DNA of 64,000 bases from Candidatus Woesearchaeota archaeon (GTDB lineage: Archaea > Nanobdellota > Nanobdellia > Pacearchaeales > GW2011-AR1). Of the stretch, positions 1 to 9,740 are shown piece by piece; within the stretch, counting starts at the first letter, position 1; every line of letters starts with the position of its first letter. The notes beneath the pieces were generated by a model, which did not search any database, was not told the DNA's origin, and saw only the letters and a list, made by a program, of their open reading frames with translations. The translations under genes and the position numbers were made by a program. Location: positions 17,438 through 81,437 of the forward strand of contig CAZHOH010000004.1 in assembly GCA_964534185.1 (NCBI GenBank), given 5' to 3'.

Positions 1-689
1 TTAAATCGCTTATTTATTTCTATTTTAGTTTCTTCCCAACTTGGACAGCAAATAACATTAGGATTATCTTGATAACCAGTGCTATGAGAATATAAAAAAA
101 TTAATCCTTTATAATTTTGAGGAAGATTTCTTACAACGTCAGGATTATCATCTATCGTTCCTACGACTTCTGGAAATAAAAATTCAAGAAGTTTTGCTTT
201 CCATTCGTCGCTATCGTTAATACATAACTCCTCAAGAAGGTTTTGTTCTGGTTCCATAATGATCTTTCTTTTAGGAAACTTATGCCTTTCTAACCACGCA
301 CTAGTAGATTGATGAAATCCGGATGGTCTTCCAGTTAAGTAAGCTACAATTGGAATTGTTTTGTCTATCTCAAATACTGCTTCTCTCGCTCTTGGTACAG
401 GAGGATATAAATTAATATAATCTCCTGATCTGAAACATTCTTCTATTACTTGCTGTTTGTGGGGATCTTGCCAATAAGGAACATTCCTAACATAACGATA
501 TTTTGCAATGATCTCTCCTGGGAACAACCCTTCAGGATTACTAAAGAGTATGTGAAATCTTTCTGCGAAAAAAAGATTAGCGGTTGTTATTGTGTCATCT
601 ATATCTAAACAAATTCCAGTTGTGCCGGATTTGATCAAGGACTCTTTTAGTTCTCTGTAATGTTCTTCAAGTTTCTTATGGTCTGCCAT
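1..689 (-). CDS. HAD-superfamily phosphatase, 5'(3')-deoxyribonucleotidase-like (runs off window edge)
   Basis: Manual translation from ATG 689: MADHKKLEEH...ICLDIDDTIT (HAD motif I)...YLTGRP (motif II)...TIDDNP (motif IV). Open to position 1; absent from the ORF track. Confidence 0.7.
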   Translation of the reverse strand, partial: MADHKKLEEHYRELKESLIKSGTTGICLDIDDTITTANLFFAERFHILFSNPEGLFPGEIIAKYRYVRNVPYWQDPHKQQVIEECFRSGDYINLYPPVPRAREAVFEIDKTIPIVAYLTGRPSGFHQSTSAWLERHKFPKRKIIMEPEQNLLEELCINDSDEWKAKLLEFLFPEVVGTIDDNPDVVRNLPQNYKGLIFLYSHSTGYQDNPNVICCPSWEETKIEINKRF

Positions 690-853
690 TCTATTCAATT
701 ATACTTCTTCTTATAATTTCTTGTTGCTATCTCATTAAAGAGTGCTTGTTTTTAAGTTTTACTATTCTATAGTTAAAACATATTTTCATCTATAAGATTA
801 AATAAACCAAATTTACCAACCGCTAACTTTACAATGTCAGGTGATGTAAAGAT

Positions 854-1876
854 ATGATTGAAAAGGTTAAAATAATCTTAGTTTCTTATTTTTTTATGTA
901 TAATGATGCTGGTTTAACACCTGTGCAATATTTTGCTATGAAGAAAAGTATTGAGTTGGGAAGAATTTTACAGAGAGAGCATCCAGAGATAGCAGAATTA
1001 TTTCGAAGGGGTAATACTTTGGTAGAAATTGTAGAAGAGTTATCCCTTGAATCAAAATATGGTGTGAATCAAAATGCAGCAAGTGCTGCAGTTCAAAGGG
1101 CTATTTCAGGTTATGCAGGCAATTATTCTGGTATTGATTTTGAATATGAAGGACTTATAGAAGAAGATGAAAGAATTAGGATTGGAAAAGAACATAAGTT
1201 AAAAAGTAGTTTTGAAAATGCGCATATATTAATGGAAGAAAAAAGAGGGATATTTGGAAAGACTTTAGAACAACGTGCAGAAGAGGGACGTAGGAATTAT
1301 CATAGAAGTTTGGGGAAATTAACAACAGAACAACGCAGAGCATTTGGTAAAGGGGCTTATCAAAAAGGGTTAGCTAAAAGAACGACAGAACAACGCAGAG
1401 CAGATGCCCATAAAGGAGGTATTGTACAAGGGAATATGCCTTGGACTGATGAGGAAAAGGAATATGTCTATCAATTATCTTTAGATCCGAAATACCAATA
1501 TTCTGAAGGCCCAAATAAAGGTAAAAATGATAGATGGAAAATTATGTCGGAAGTAAATCAAAAATTTCATAGAGGTAATGAAGTTAGAAGTTTGAATTCT
1601 GTAAGTTTGATGATTTCTTATTTAAGAAAAAATTGCGGGGATAAAATTTATACTGTTCCAAAGTGGACAGATGAAGAAAGAGAGCTTATTCGCCAATTAT
1701 CTTTAGATCCGAAATACCAATATTCTGAAGGAAAATTAAAAGGAAAAGTTAATAGGGATTTGGTCTTAGGAGAAATTAATAAGATTTTTCATGGTGGAGA
1801 GGAAGTTAGGACTATCAATGCTTTGAGTGCTGCTCTTTGTGCAATTAGAAAACAGAATAGAATGAAGTCTGATTGA
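854..1876 (+). CDS. Hypothetical protein with 20-aa KGG-like repeats and two Myb/SANT-like WTDEE domains
   Basis: Three EQR(R/A) repeats at a 60-bp period; duplicated WTDEE..QLSLDPKYQYSEG domain. True start may be downstream (MYNDAG). Confidence 0.6.
   Translation: MIEKVKIILVSYFFMYNDAGLTPVQYFAMKKSIELGRILQREHPEIAELFRRGNTLVEIVEELSLESKYGVNQNAASAAVQRAISGYAGNYSGIDFEYEGLIEEDERIRIGKEHKLKSSFENAHILMEEKRGIFGKTLEQRAEEGRRNYHRSLGKLTTEQRRAFGKGAYQKGLAKRTTEQRRADAHKGGIVQGNMPWTDEEKEYVYQLSLDPKYQYSEGPNKGKNDRWKIMSEVNQKFHRGNEVRSLNSVSLMISYLRKNCGDKIYTVPKWTDEERELIRQLSLDPKYQYSEGKLKGKVNRDLVLGEINKIFHGGEEVRTINALSAALCAIRKQNRMKSD
1472..1731 (+). repeat. Exact 38-bp direct repeat (1472-1509, 1694-1731) within CDS
   Basis: caattatctttagatccgaaataccaatattctgaagg occurs twice, 222 bp apart. 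Confidence 0.9.
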
Positions 1877-1910
1877 AAAGGTTTTTAACTGAATTTCCTG
1901 TCTGATAGTT

Positions 1911-3632
1911 ATGGCAATTCGACAGCCGATTGTGACAGTTGCAGGACATGTTGATCATGGAAAGACTAGTATTCTTGATTATCTTAGACGGAGTACTATT
2001 GCAGATTATGAAGCAGGGAATATTACACAGAAGATTTCTTTTACGCTTTTTCCTGCAAGATATATCTATGAGAGTTGTCCTTTGATTGACAAGCGTGGGA
2101 TTAATCTTGAGATTCCTGGATTTTTGTTTATTGATACACCGGGGCATGCAGCGTTTAATAATTTAAGGAGGCGGGGCGGGAGTTTGGCTGATTTGGCGAT
2201 TTTGGTTATTGATATTAATGAAGGGATTAAACCGCAAACTGCTGAGGTTTTGCAGTTGTTGAAGCAGAATAAGACTCCATTTATTATTGCTTTGAATAAG
2301 ATTGATAGGATTGGTGGGTGGAATAAACATAGTGATGATTTGAAAGAGAGTATTGAGAAACAGCCACAACATGTTCGCGAAGAATTTGAAGAGAAGTTTT
2401 ATACTTTGGTTGGTGCGTTGAGTAATTATGGTTTTGAGGCAGAGTTGTATTATAAGATAGATGATTTTACTAAGAAGCTTTCTTTGGTTCCGTGTTCTGC
2501 AAAGACGGGTGAGGGAATTCCTGAATTGATGATGGTACTTTGTGGTTTGTCGCAGAAGTTTTTGAAAGAGAGATTGAAGTTAGGAGATAATGCGAAAGGT
2601 GTTGTGCTTGAGGTTAAGAAGGAGAGGGCTATGAATTATATTGAAGCAATTTTGTATGATGGAGTTTTGAAGACAGGTGATGAGATTGCTGTTGCGAGTT
2701 TTGATAATCCTGTTTTTACAAAAGTGAAAGCGATTGAAGAGATTCAGCCGGTTTCTAATAAGTTTAAGGGAGTTAAGGAAAGTTTTGCTGCCTCAGGTAT
2801 TAGGATTCAGACAACGATTCGTGAGAGTTTGTTGCCAGGAATGCCTTTTACGACTTTTGATTCTGTTGATGAGGTTAAAGATATTGGAAAAGAAGTTTCT
2901 CAAAGTGTTAGGTGTGATAAAAAAGGGATTATAGTTAAAGCAGATTCACTTGGGAGTTTAGAGGCGATGATTACACTTTTGAAAGAGAAAAATGTTAAGA
3001 TTGTTAAGGCAGGGATTGGAGATATTAATAAGTCTGATATTTTAAGTGCAAAGGCTAATCTTGATATTGAACCTGTTGATTCTATTGTGTTAGGTTTTAA
3101 TGTTGATGTTGATGATGAAGTAAAAAATATGTCTGGGGTGAGGGTGATAATTGGAGATGTTGTTTACAAACTTATTGATGAGCTTGAAGAATTTCGGCAG
3201 GAGAAGAGCAAAGAAATTGAAAGGCAGAGATTAATGGGGTTGGCTACTGTTGGGAAATTTGAGATTTTGCACGAGTATGTTTTTAGGAATACAAGTCCTG
3301 CGATTTTTGGGGTGAGAGTTGTTGGAGGGAAATTGAAGTCTGGTTTGGAATTGATTGATGAAAATGGCGAAAGTGTTGGGAAGGTTAAAAATATTCAGGC
3401 TGAGAAAAAGAGTGTTAATGAAGTTAATGAGAGTATGGAGGTTGCGATTTCTGTTCCTGGGATTAATTTTGAGAGGAAGATGAAAGAGAAGAGGTTTTTG
3501 TATTCTAATTTGTCTGAAAAAGAGTTTAAGAAGTTTAGAGATAATCGTGATTTGCTTTCTTCTTCAGAGATTTCTGTTTTGCAGGAAATCAAGAGGGTAA
3601 AGCAGAAGGTGGAGGAGGGGTGGGGTGGTTGA
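1911..3632 (+). CDS. infB: Translation initiation factor IF-2 (aIF5B)
   Basis: IRQPIVTVAGHVDHGKTS, DTPGH, NKID; typical archaeal length. Confidence 0.97.
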   Translation: MAIRQPIVTVAGHVDHGKTSILDYLRRSTIADYEAGNITQKISFTLFPARYIYESCPLIDKRGINLEIPGFLFIDTPGHAAFNNLRRRGGSLADLAILVIDINEGIKPQTAEVLQLLKQNKTPFIIALNKIDRIGGWNKHSDDLKESIEKQPQHVREEFEEKFYTLVGALSNYGFEAELYYKIDDFTKKLSLVPCSAKTGEGIPELMMVLCGLSQKFLKERLKLGDNAKGVVLEVKKERAMNYIEAILYDGVLKTGDEIAVASFDNPVFTKVKAIEEIQPVSNKFKGVKESFAASGIRIQTTIRESLLPGMPFTTFDSVDEVKDIGKEVSQSVRCDKKGIIVKADSLGSLEAMITLLKEKNVKIVKAGIGDINKSDILSAKANLDIEPVDSIVLGFNVDVDDEVKNMSGVRVIIGDVVYKLIDELEEFRQEKSKEIERQRLMGLATVGKFEILHEYVFRNTSPAIFGVRVVGGKLKSGLELIDENGESVGKVKNIQAEKKSVNEVNESMEVAISVPGINFERKMKEKRFLYSNLSEKEFKKFRDNRDLLSSSEISVLQEIKRVKQKVEEGWGG

Positions 3633-3680
3633 TTTTTTTAGTATAGTAATTTTTATAAATGATGGGTTTTCTTGGGTTTG

Positions 3681-4265
3681 ATGGATGAGAACAATATTCG
3701 ATTTGAGCTTGTTAATGGAGATGAGAATTGTCCTGTTAATCTTTCAGTTATGTATGTTCCTGTTATGAGTAGTGAGGGTTTAAAATTCAGATATTTGCTG
3801 GGATATGTTGACTTGGATAATCCCTCTCTTGATGTTGATAATCCTGATTCTTTTGATATTTCTAGGCTGGATTTTTATGCAGATAGGGAAAGTTATTTTG
3901 CAAGACTTGGTAATCTGGATGTTTATAAATCTGAAAATCCTGTTTTAGAACACGCGAGATTGAGAGATATTGATGGATGGTTAACTGAATCTATGGGGTT
4001 GGTTCTTAGAGATGTTTTAGAAAGTGAGGCTTGTCATGAATTTCCTACTGATGATGAAGTTTTGGACGTTTTTTATTATGTTGAGCATATTAAAGGTGAG
4101 GGGCATGCTATTTCCCTTTATAATGTTATGTCTGAAGTAATGCCTTCTGAGATTGCTCCTAAAGTTGTTGAGAGGAAGCTGGAAAGAATGGTGAAAGAGG
4201 GTAAATTGGAATGGAATTGGGAAGGAAAATTGAAATTATCAGATGATTATTTTAGTCTTTTTTAA
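3681..4265 (+). CDS. Hypothetical protein, possible C-terminal winged helix
   Basis: ORF with TATA (tttataaa ~3652) placed for ATG 3681; C-terminal VERKLERMVKEGKLEW. Confidence 0.5.
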   Translation: MDENNIRFELVNGDENCPVNLSVMYVPVMSSEGLKFRYLLGYVDLDNPSLDVDNPDSFDISRLDFYADRESYFARLGNLDVYKSENPVLEHARLRDIDGWLTESMGLVLRDVLESEACHEFPTDDEVLDVFYYVEHIKGEGHAISLYNVMSEVMPSEIAPKVVERKLERMVKEGKLEWNWEGKLKLSDDYFSLF

Positions 4266-4886
4266 TTAGTTCCCCATGTAGAGAGTTTCCCATCTTCTGA
4301 TCATGTGTTCTGGGACTTCGATTTTGTTTTTGTCTTTTTTTATTTTTTGTTGGTTGAATCTGAAGATTATTCCGAAGATTGCGCCGAATGCGATTCCTGA
4401 AAGGTGTGCGATGTGTCCTGTGTTGTCTGGGATGAAAATTCCTACTGCGTCGATGATTATCCAGATAACTGCTGCAACTGCCATTGGGACTATCATGCCG
4501 AATGCCCATACCATCATTGTTGGGCGGATTATTGCTAAAGCTCCGATTATTCCCATTATTGCCCCTGATGCTCCTAAGGATGAAGGGTAGAAATTGAATG
4601 CTATGAAATTTGCCAGAATTCCAGAGATTAAGAAAATTCCGAGGAATTTTTCACTGCCGACTGTTTTTTCTAAAATGAAACCGAAAAGTATTAGTGCGAA
4701 TAGGTTTGAGAGGATGTGTGAAAGACTTCCGTGAAGGAAAATTGCTGATATGAATCTCCAAGGTTGTGTTATTGATAGTTGGTTTAGAACTAAGGATTCT
4801 GTGAATCCATTGATAACTTGTTGTAGTATGAAGACTGCGATGAGGATTAGTGCAATCCAGAGGGTGTAATATTTTTCTTTTGCCAT
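4266..4886 (-). CDS. Rhomboid intramembrane serine protease
   Basis: QPWRF, FLHGSLSHILSN, GASGA catalytic Ser, HIAHLSG catalytic His. Confidence 0.93.
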   Translation of the reverse strand: MAKEKYYTLWIALILIAVFILQQVINGFTESLVLNQLSITQPWRFISAIFLHGSLSHILSNLFALILFGFILEKTVGSEKFLGIFLISGILANFIAFNFYPSSLGASGAIMGIIGALAIIRPTMMVWAFGMIVPMAVAAVIWIIIDAVGIFIPDNTGHIAHLSGIAFGAIFGIIFRFNQQKIKKDKNKIEVPEHMIRRWETLYMGN

Positions 4887-4928
4887 TTAGATTATTGTTT
4901 TTGATGGTATAAAAAGTTTCTTGAAAAA

Positions 4929-5210
4929 CTACATAAATTTCCTTTTTATGGGGTCATTTAATCGTTCTTCAAATTTAGATAATGGATATTCTTCAATAAC
5001 ATCTCTTATACTTTCAAATGCAGCACTACTTTTTGGATGATATCCTATTCCACTAGCTTCAAAAAGAGTTTCTAACACTTCGGGAGTTAATCTTAATCTA
5101 TTTATTATATCTTCATTATTGCCGTCGTAATTTAATGCAGCATCAGGATCATTAATGAACCAAGAGCTAGCCCATCCATTGATTCTTCCGCGCCTGTATA
5201 GTCTTACCAT
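4929..5210 (-). CDS. Hypothetical protein
   Basis: 93-aa ORF with upstream TATA-like element. Confidence 0.5.
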   Translation of the reverse strand: MVRLYRRGRINGWASSWFINDPDAALNYDGNNEDIINRLRLTPEVLETLFEASGIGYHPKSSAAFESIRDVIEEYPLSKFEERLNDPIKRKFM

Positions 5211-5297
5211 AGGGTTTAGGTTTTTTTTTGTTTTATAAATCTTATTATTTTGCTGTGCTCGTTAAGTTTTTATAAGGTGATTTTGTGATATTTCTAT

Positions 5298-5369
5298 GGC
5301 GGTCGTAGTTTAGTGGCAGAACGCACGGTTGTGGTCCGTGAAACGAGAGTTCGATTCTCTCCTTCCGTC
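5298..5369 (+). tRNA. tRNA-His(GTG) with encoded G-1; no encoded CCA
   Basis: D arm GTTT/GAAC, anticodon stem CACGG/CCGTG with loop TTGTGGT, T arm GAGAG-TTCGATT-CTCTC, G-1 and C73. Confidence 0.92.
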
Positions 5370-5419
5370 CTTTTGTTAATTATATAAATCCTTATTAATC
5401 TGTTATTAATTATCGGTTT

Positions 5420-6586
5420 ATGATATTTGACGATTTGGTAAATTTATTGAGGGATAATTTTGGGCATATTGAAAGGGGAGATAAAAGGCATGTAGGACTT
5501 TTAGAGAGGCTTGAAGATACTAGAAGGTTAGCTGATGAAAGTGGAAATCCCGAAAAGTTTTATGAAGAAGTAAAAAATTATTTAGATAGTTCTCTATTCA
5601 GAGAATTTATATTAGACCAATATGGCTTAATTACTACTGGTGCTTTATTAACAGAGTTAGAAAGAGAGTCAAAATTATTTCTTTTGGATTATCCTATTGT
5701 TGATTCTTTATATGGTGAACCTCATGGAAATTTAAACTATGCAGATTCTATTCGATTGCCTTTTCCTTCAATGTTTTTTGAATTTGAAGAGCCTTTACGA
5801 GTAAGTAGGTTTAATCATGAAGAAGGAGATCTTGCTGCAATGATATTTAGGAACGGACAAGATTCACAAAAGTTTTTATGGAGGTCTTCAAGGAAACTGC
5901 AGAGAAATATTTCCTTTTTGGATGATTTTTTTAGAACCAATATTGATGATGCTGGTTCTCCAGACGAAGAAGAATATGATATAGATGCTATTTACACTAA
6001 AAATGGGAGATTGATTCCAAATATGGATAGGATTGTATTCGATAGAAATCGTTTGCCTAGTTTCCAGATTTATTTAGGTAATGGTGCTTATTGTTATGAT
6101 AGCTCTTCAGGAACTATTGAGCATAGGTTAATGAATAGGAACATGTTAGCGTTTGAAAAAGATGGAAATATAAAAATAATGAGAGAATTTGAATCTGATG
6201 ACTCTGGCCATGATTTTAGTTCTCCATTGAAAATAATTGATTTAGTCTTGAATACTATAAATTATGTTAATGCCCAAAATATCATTATTCAATCTGATAG
6301 GGGGAAAAGAAAAGTTGGTAGGGGCAGACAACCTCCCTCTTCAAAGAAACCTTATTATTGGGTTGAAGTAAAAAAGACCTATGTGCAACCAGAAGAATTC
6401 ACTGGAAAATCTTGGCAGTTAAATTATAGGGTTTGGGTTAGAGGGCATTTTAGACATTATCAAAATGGGAATTGTAGTTGGATACAACCTTATGTTAAAG
6501 GTCCTGAAAATGCTCCGTGGAAACACAATAGATATAAGTTATTATATGAAAAAACTATTCAACCTTTTAGAGAAGGAAAGGAATAA
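5420..6586 (+). CDS. Hypothetical protein with C-terminal VRGHFR...WIxPYxKG motif
   Basis: 388-aa ORF; motif recalled from uncharacterised phage/MGE proteins. Confidence 0.6.
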   Translation: MIFDDLVNLLRDNFGHIERGDKRHVGLLERLEDTRRLADESGNPEKFYEEVKNYLDSSLFREFILDQYGLITTGALLTELERESKLFLLDYPIVDSLYGEPHGNLNYADSIRLPFPSMFFEFEEPLRVSRFNHEEGDLAAMIFRNGQDSQKFLWRSSRKLQRNISFLDDFFRTNIDDAGSPDEEEYDIDAIYTKNGRLIPNMDRIVFDRNRLPSFQIYLGNGAYCYDSSSGTIEHRLMNRNMLAFEKDGNIKIMREFESDDSGHDFSSPLKIIDLVLNTINYVNAQNIIIQSDRGKRKVGRGRQPPSSKKPYYWVEVKKTYVQPEEFTGKSWQLNYRVWVRGHFRHYQNGNCSWIQPYVKGPENAPWKHNRYKLLYEKTIQPFREGKE

Positions 6587-6593
6587 AAGGAGG

Positions 6594-7316
6594 TTATTCT
6601 CCTTTTGGTGGCTGGACTGACTGCATTTTGATTTCTTCTATTATTGCGTCGTCTGGGAGTTTTAGTAAGAATGCAATTGTGTCTGCGATGTTTTCTGGTT
6701 TGATTGCTTTTGAGGTGTTTGTTTTCCAATCTGTTTTGTCAAAGAAAGGAGTGTCTACTGTGCCTGGCATGAAGTTTGTTACTCCAACTTTGTATTTTCT
6801 TGCTTCTTCTCTTAGTGAGTTTGTGAATCCTCTTACTCCGTATTTTGCAGCTGTGTATCCTGAACATTTTGCACAGAATTTTTCTGCCCAGAGTGATGTG
6901 AGATTTACTATGCGTCCCTGCTTGTTTTTGTAAATGTGTGGGAGAGAGTATTTTGTCAGAAGGAAAGTTCCTTTTAACATTACGTCTATGTGCTTGTCAA
7001 AGTCTTCGGGTTTCATATCTTCGACGTTTTCAAATATTCCGAGCCCTGCGACGTTGATTAGGATGTTTACTGTTTTGTATTTTTTTATTGTTTCTTTTAC
7101 TGCATTTTCAATGTCTTTTTGTTTTGTTACGTCTGTTTCTACTACAAGTGCTTCGCCTCCTGTTGTTTCAATTGCCTCTTCTAATTCTTTTAATTTTTCT
7201 TTTGAACGTGCTAATAAGACGACTTTTGCCTCTTCTTCTGCGAGTTTTATTGCTATTTGTTTTCCTATTCCAGAACTGGCACCTGTAACAATCACGACTT
7301 TGTTTTTTAGTTCCAT
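6594..7316 (-). CDS. SDR family oxidoreductase
   Basis: TGASSGIG, NVAG, YTAAK catalytic motif, PGTVDT. Confidence 0.95.
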   Translation of the reverse strand: MELKNKVVIVTGASSGIGKQIAIKLAEEEAKVVLLARSKEKLKELEEAIETTGGEALVVETDVTKQKDIENAVKETIKKYKTVNILINVAGLGIFENVEDMKPEDFDKHIDVMLKGTFLLTKYSLPHIYKNKQGRIVNLTSLWAEKFCAKCSGYTAAKYGVRGFTNSLREEARKYKVGVTNFMPGTVDTPFFDKTDWKTNTSKAIKPENIADTIAFLLKLPDDAIIEEIKMQSVQPPKGE

Positions 7317-7387
7317 ATAAGTTTTTAGTGTTTAAGTTATATAAGTGTTTTGGAAAGTTATTTAAAATCTTTTTGTTGATTAGTTTA

Positions 7388-7576
7388 ATGAAAAGATAAA
7401 CTAAGGAAAATTTAAATTTAGTTTCTTTAGTTGCAGGGATTGTTTTGATAATAACTGGTTTAGGAGGTTTTGCAATTACTATTCCTACAAAAGAGGTTAT
7501 TGTTATGGTTCCTGTAATTTCTTTGATTGTTGGGGCGGTGTTGGCTTTAATGGGCGGACTTCGAAAATGGGGCTAA
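7388..7576 (+). pseudogene. Small two-TM membrane protein gene interrupted by in-frame TAA at codon 4
   Basis: MKR*TKENLNLVSLVAGIVLIITGLGG...GGLRKWG; TATA ~25 nt upstream. Confidence 0.5.
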
Positions 7577-7842
7577 GTGAGAAGGAGATTATTTTATTAA
7601 ATTTTAGACACTAAACTTATCTTACTTATATAAGTGTAATTTGGACTGTTGCTATTTCTTTATTTGTTGGCATTATCTCTTATATTTTTGTGTCTATTAA
7701 AACTTTACTTATGGATTTATACTTTCTTGTAATTTTGGTATCAATTTTAATTTTTATAGAGATAGCTTTTATTTCTGTTTATTTCTGGATTAATAGTAAA
7801 AAAGATAATTTGGAAAACTTGGTGAGAATTAAATTTAACTAG
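7567..7842 (+). pseudogene. Small two-TM membrane protein gene interrupted by in-frame TAA at codon 16
   Basis: MGLSEKEIILLNFRH*TYLTYISVIWTVAISLFVG...RIKFN; overlaps end of the preceding ORF. Confidence 0.5.
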
Positions 7843-7876
7843 AAAGTTATTTAAGTTTTGAATTTGTGATTTTTTT

Positions 7877-8230
7877 ATGGATAGGAAAATTAGGAATGTT
7901 TTTTTAACTTTGATTTTGATGATTGCTGGACTTGTTTTTTTAAAATTTATCCCAATGGAAGTTTATGGTTATGATATTTTGTTTGATGCTTCTGCGCATT
8001 TTGTTATTGTTGCTTTTGTTCTTTATGCAATTTATTTTTTTATTGACCAGAATAAATCTTGGAGGATTCCTTATTTTGTTTTTGCTTTTGTTGTTTTGGG
8101 AGTTGTTTCTATTCAGAGGATTAATATAAATGCGCATAATGATATTGGGTTGTTATTGGGTTTGCTGATTGTTGTTTTTTCTATTGGGATTTCGCATTGG
8201 ATGGATATTAGGGGGAAGATTGATTTTTGA
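7877..8230 (+). CDS. Hypothetical 4-TM membrane protein
   Basis: Hydrophobic segments; HNDIG motif reminiscent of PAP2 C-terminus. Confidence 0.65.
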   Translation: MDRKIRNVFLTLILMIAGLVFLKFIPMEVYGYDILFDASAHFVIVAFVLYAIYFFIDQNKSWRIPYFVFAFVVLGVVSIQRININAHNDIGLLLGLLIVVFSIGISHWMDIRGKIDF

Positions 8231-8550
8231 ATGGGAAGTTATTTATAGTTTCAAGTGTTTTAGTTAAGATGGTTGATATGTTGGAGATTATTGCTAGGAG
8301 ACCAAAATTTGAAGAAATAAGAAATTATAAATCTATAGAAATTTTAGATAGTTCTGTTGAAGTTTGTCCGAATGATGGTGCGAGATTGGTGTATTTTGGT
8401 ATGGGAAAGCATTCTGGTTCATTAGGTTTTCGAGAAGAATATTTTTGTGAAAGATGTGGGTATCGAGCTTTGGTAAAACCTTCTGAAGAAGCTATGATAA
8501 AATATGAAGAAGAAAATAGCCATATGAAGTTTAAGTCTGCGGATGTTTAA
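8227..8550 (+). CDS. Hypothetical zinc-ribbon protein
   Basis: CPND...CERCG; start may be the later ATG (MVDMLE). Confidence 0.55.
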   Translation: MNGKLFIVSSVLVKMVDMLEIIARRPKFEEIRNYKSIEILDSSVEVCPNDGARLVYFGMGKHSGSLGFREEYFCERCGYRALVKPSEEAMIKYEEENSHMKFKSADV

Positions 8551-8591
8551 TTTTAACATAATTTTTTAAAGTATTTTGTATTTGGTTATTT

Positions 8592-9740
8592 ATGGAAACT
8601 GTGAAAGGATTTAAGGATTATGACGGCGAGGAAGCTTTAAAGCGGGCGAAGATTCGTGAAATTGTAGTTGGGACTTTTGAAGAGTTTGGTTTTGAACCTG
8701 CTGAAACTCCTGTGATTGAGGATGAGGAATTTGTTAAGGGAGACAATGAAAAGGACGAGGCTGTGAGTGATGTTTATCGTTTGGGTGATAAGGGAGGAAG
8801 GAAACTTGCTTTGAGGTATGAATTTACTTTTCAGTTAAAGAGGCTTGCTAAGAATAAGAAGCTGCCTTATCGTCGGTATCAAATTGGAGTTGTTTTTAGG
8901 GATGAGCCTGCGACTGGGAATCGTTCAAGACAGTTTGTTTCTTGCGATGTTGATGTGATTGGGGCAAGTGTTAAAAACGAAGCTGAAGTTTTGAGTGCTG
9001 CTAGTGTTTTGTTAAAGAAATTGGGAATTAAAGGAATAATTTATGTTAATAATCGGAAATTGATTAATGAAATTTTAGATAGTGAAGGGGTTAAAGATAA
9101 GGGGGCGGTTATTCGTGAGATTGATAAGCTAGACAAGATTTCTGAGAAAGAAGTTAAGGCGAATTTGAAAAAGTATGGTGCTGAAAGTGTTGTTGGGATT
9201 TTTAAAAAACCTGAGAGTTATTTTAAGAAGTATGAAAGTTATAATGAGATTGAAGAGTTGAAAAAGTATTGTGGTTATTTTGGTGTTAAGGTTGAGTTTT
9301 TGCCGAGTCTTGCACGGGGTTTGAGTTATTATAATGGGACGATTTTTGAGATAAAGGTGGGAGGGATTCGCGAGACGATTTTTGGGGGTGGTGCTTATAA
9401 TTTTAATAATGTGCAGGGTTTTGGTTTTGGAGTTAGTCTTGAAAGGCTGAGTATTGTTGCTAAGATTAAGATTGAGAATGAAAGTGTTTTAGTTATTTCT
9501 ATTGATAAAGATAAAGAAGCGATTAAATTGGCTAGTGATTTGCGGGGGAAGGGGGTTGGATGTTTTGTTTATTATGGAAAGAGTGGAAAGGGTTTGGATT
9601 ATGCAAATGCAAAGAAAATGAAGTATGTTGTTTTTGTCGGTGAGCGTGAAGTTAAAAGTGGGAAGTTTACTTTGAAGGATTTGAATTCTGGAAAAGAGTT
9701 TAAAGTGGATGTTAAAGAGATTGTTAAGAAGTTGAGTTAA
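8592..9740 (+). CDS. hisS: Histidine--tRNA ligase (compact)
   Basis: VKGFKD, LALRYEFT, FRDE motif 2, LARGLSYYNG, GGGAY, GFGVSLERL, anticodon-binding domain. Confidence 0.93.
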   Translation: METVKGFKDYDGEEALKRAKIREIVVGTFEEFGFEPAETPVIEDEEFVKGDNEKDEAVSDVYRLGDKGGRKLALRYEFTFQLKRLAKNKKLPYRRYQIGVVFRDEPATGNRSRQFVSCDVDVIGASVKNEAEVLSAASVLLKKLGIKGIIYVNNRKLINEILDSEGVKDKGAVIREIDKLDKISEKEVKANLKKYGAESVVGIFKKPESYFKKYESYNEIEELKKYCGYFGVKVEFLPSLARGLSYYNGTIFEIKVGGIRETIFGGGAYNFNNVQGFGFGVSLERLSIVAKIKIENESVLVISIDKDKEAIKLASDLRGKGVGCFVYYGKSGKGLDYANAKKMKYVVFVGEREVKSGKFTLKDLNSGKEFKVDVKEIVKKLS

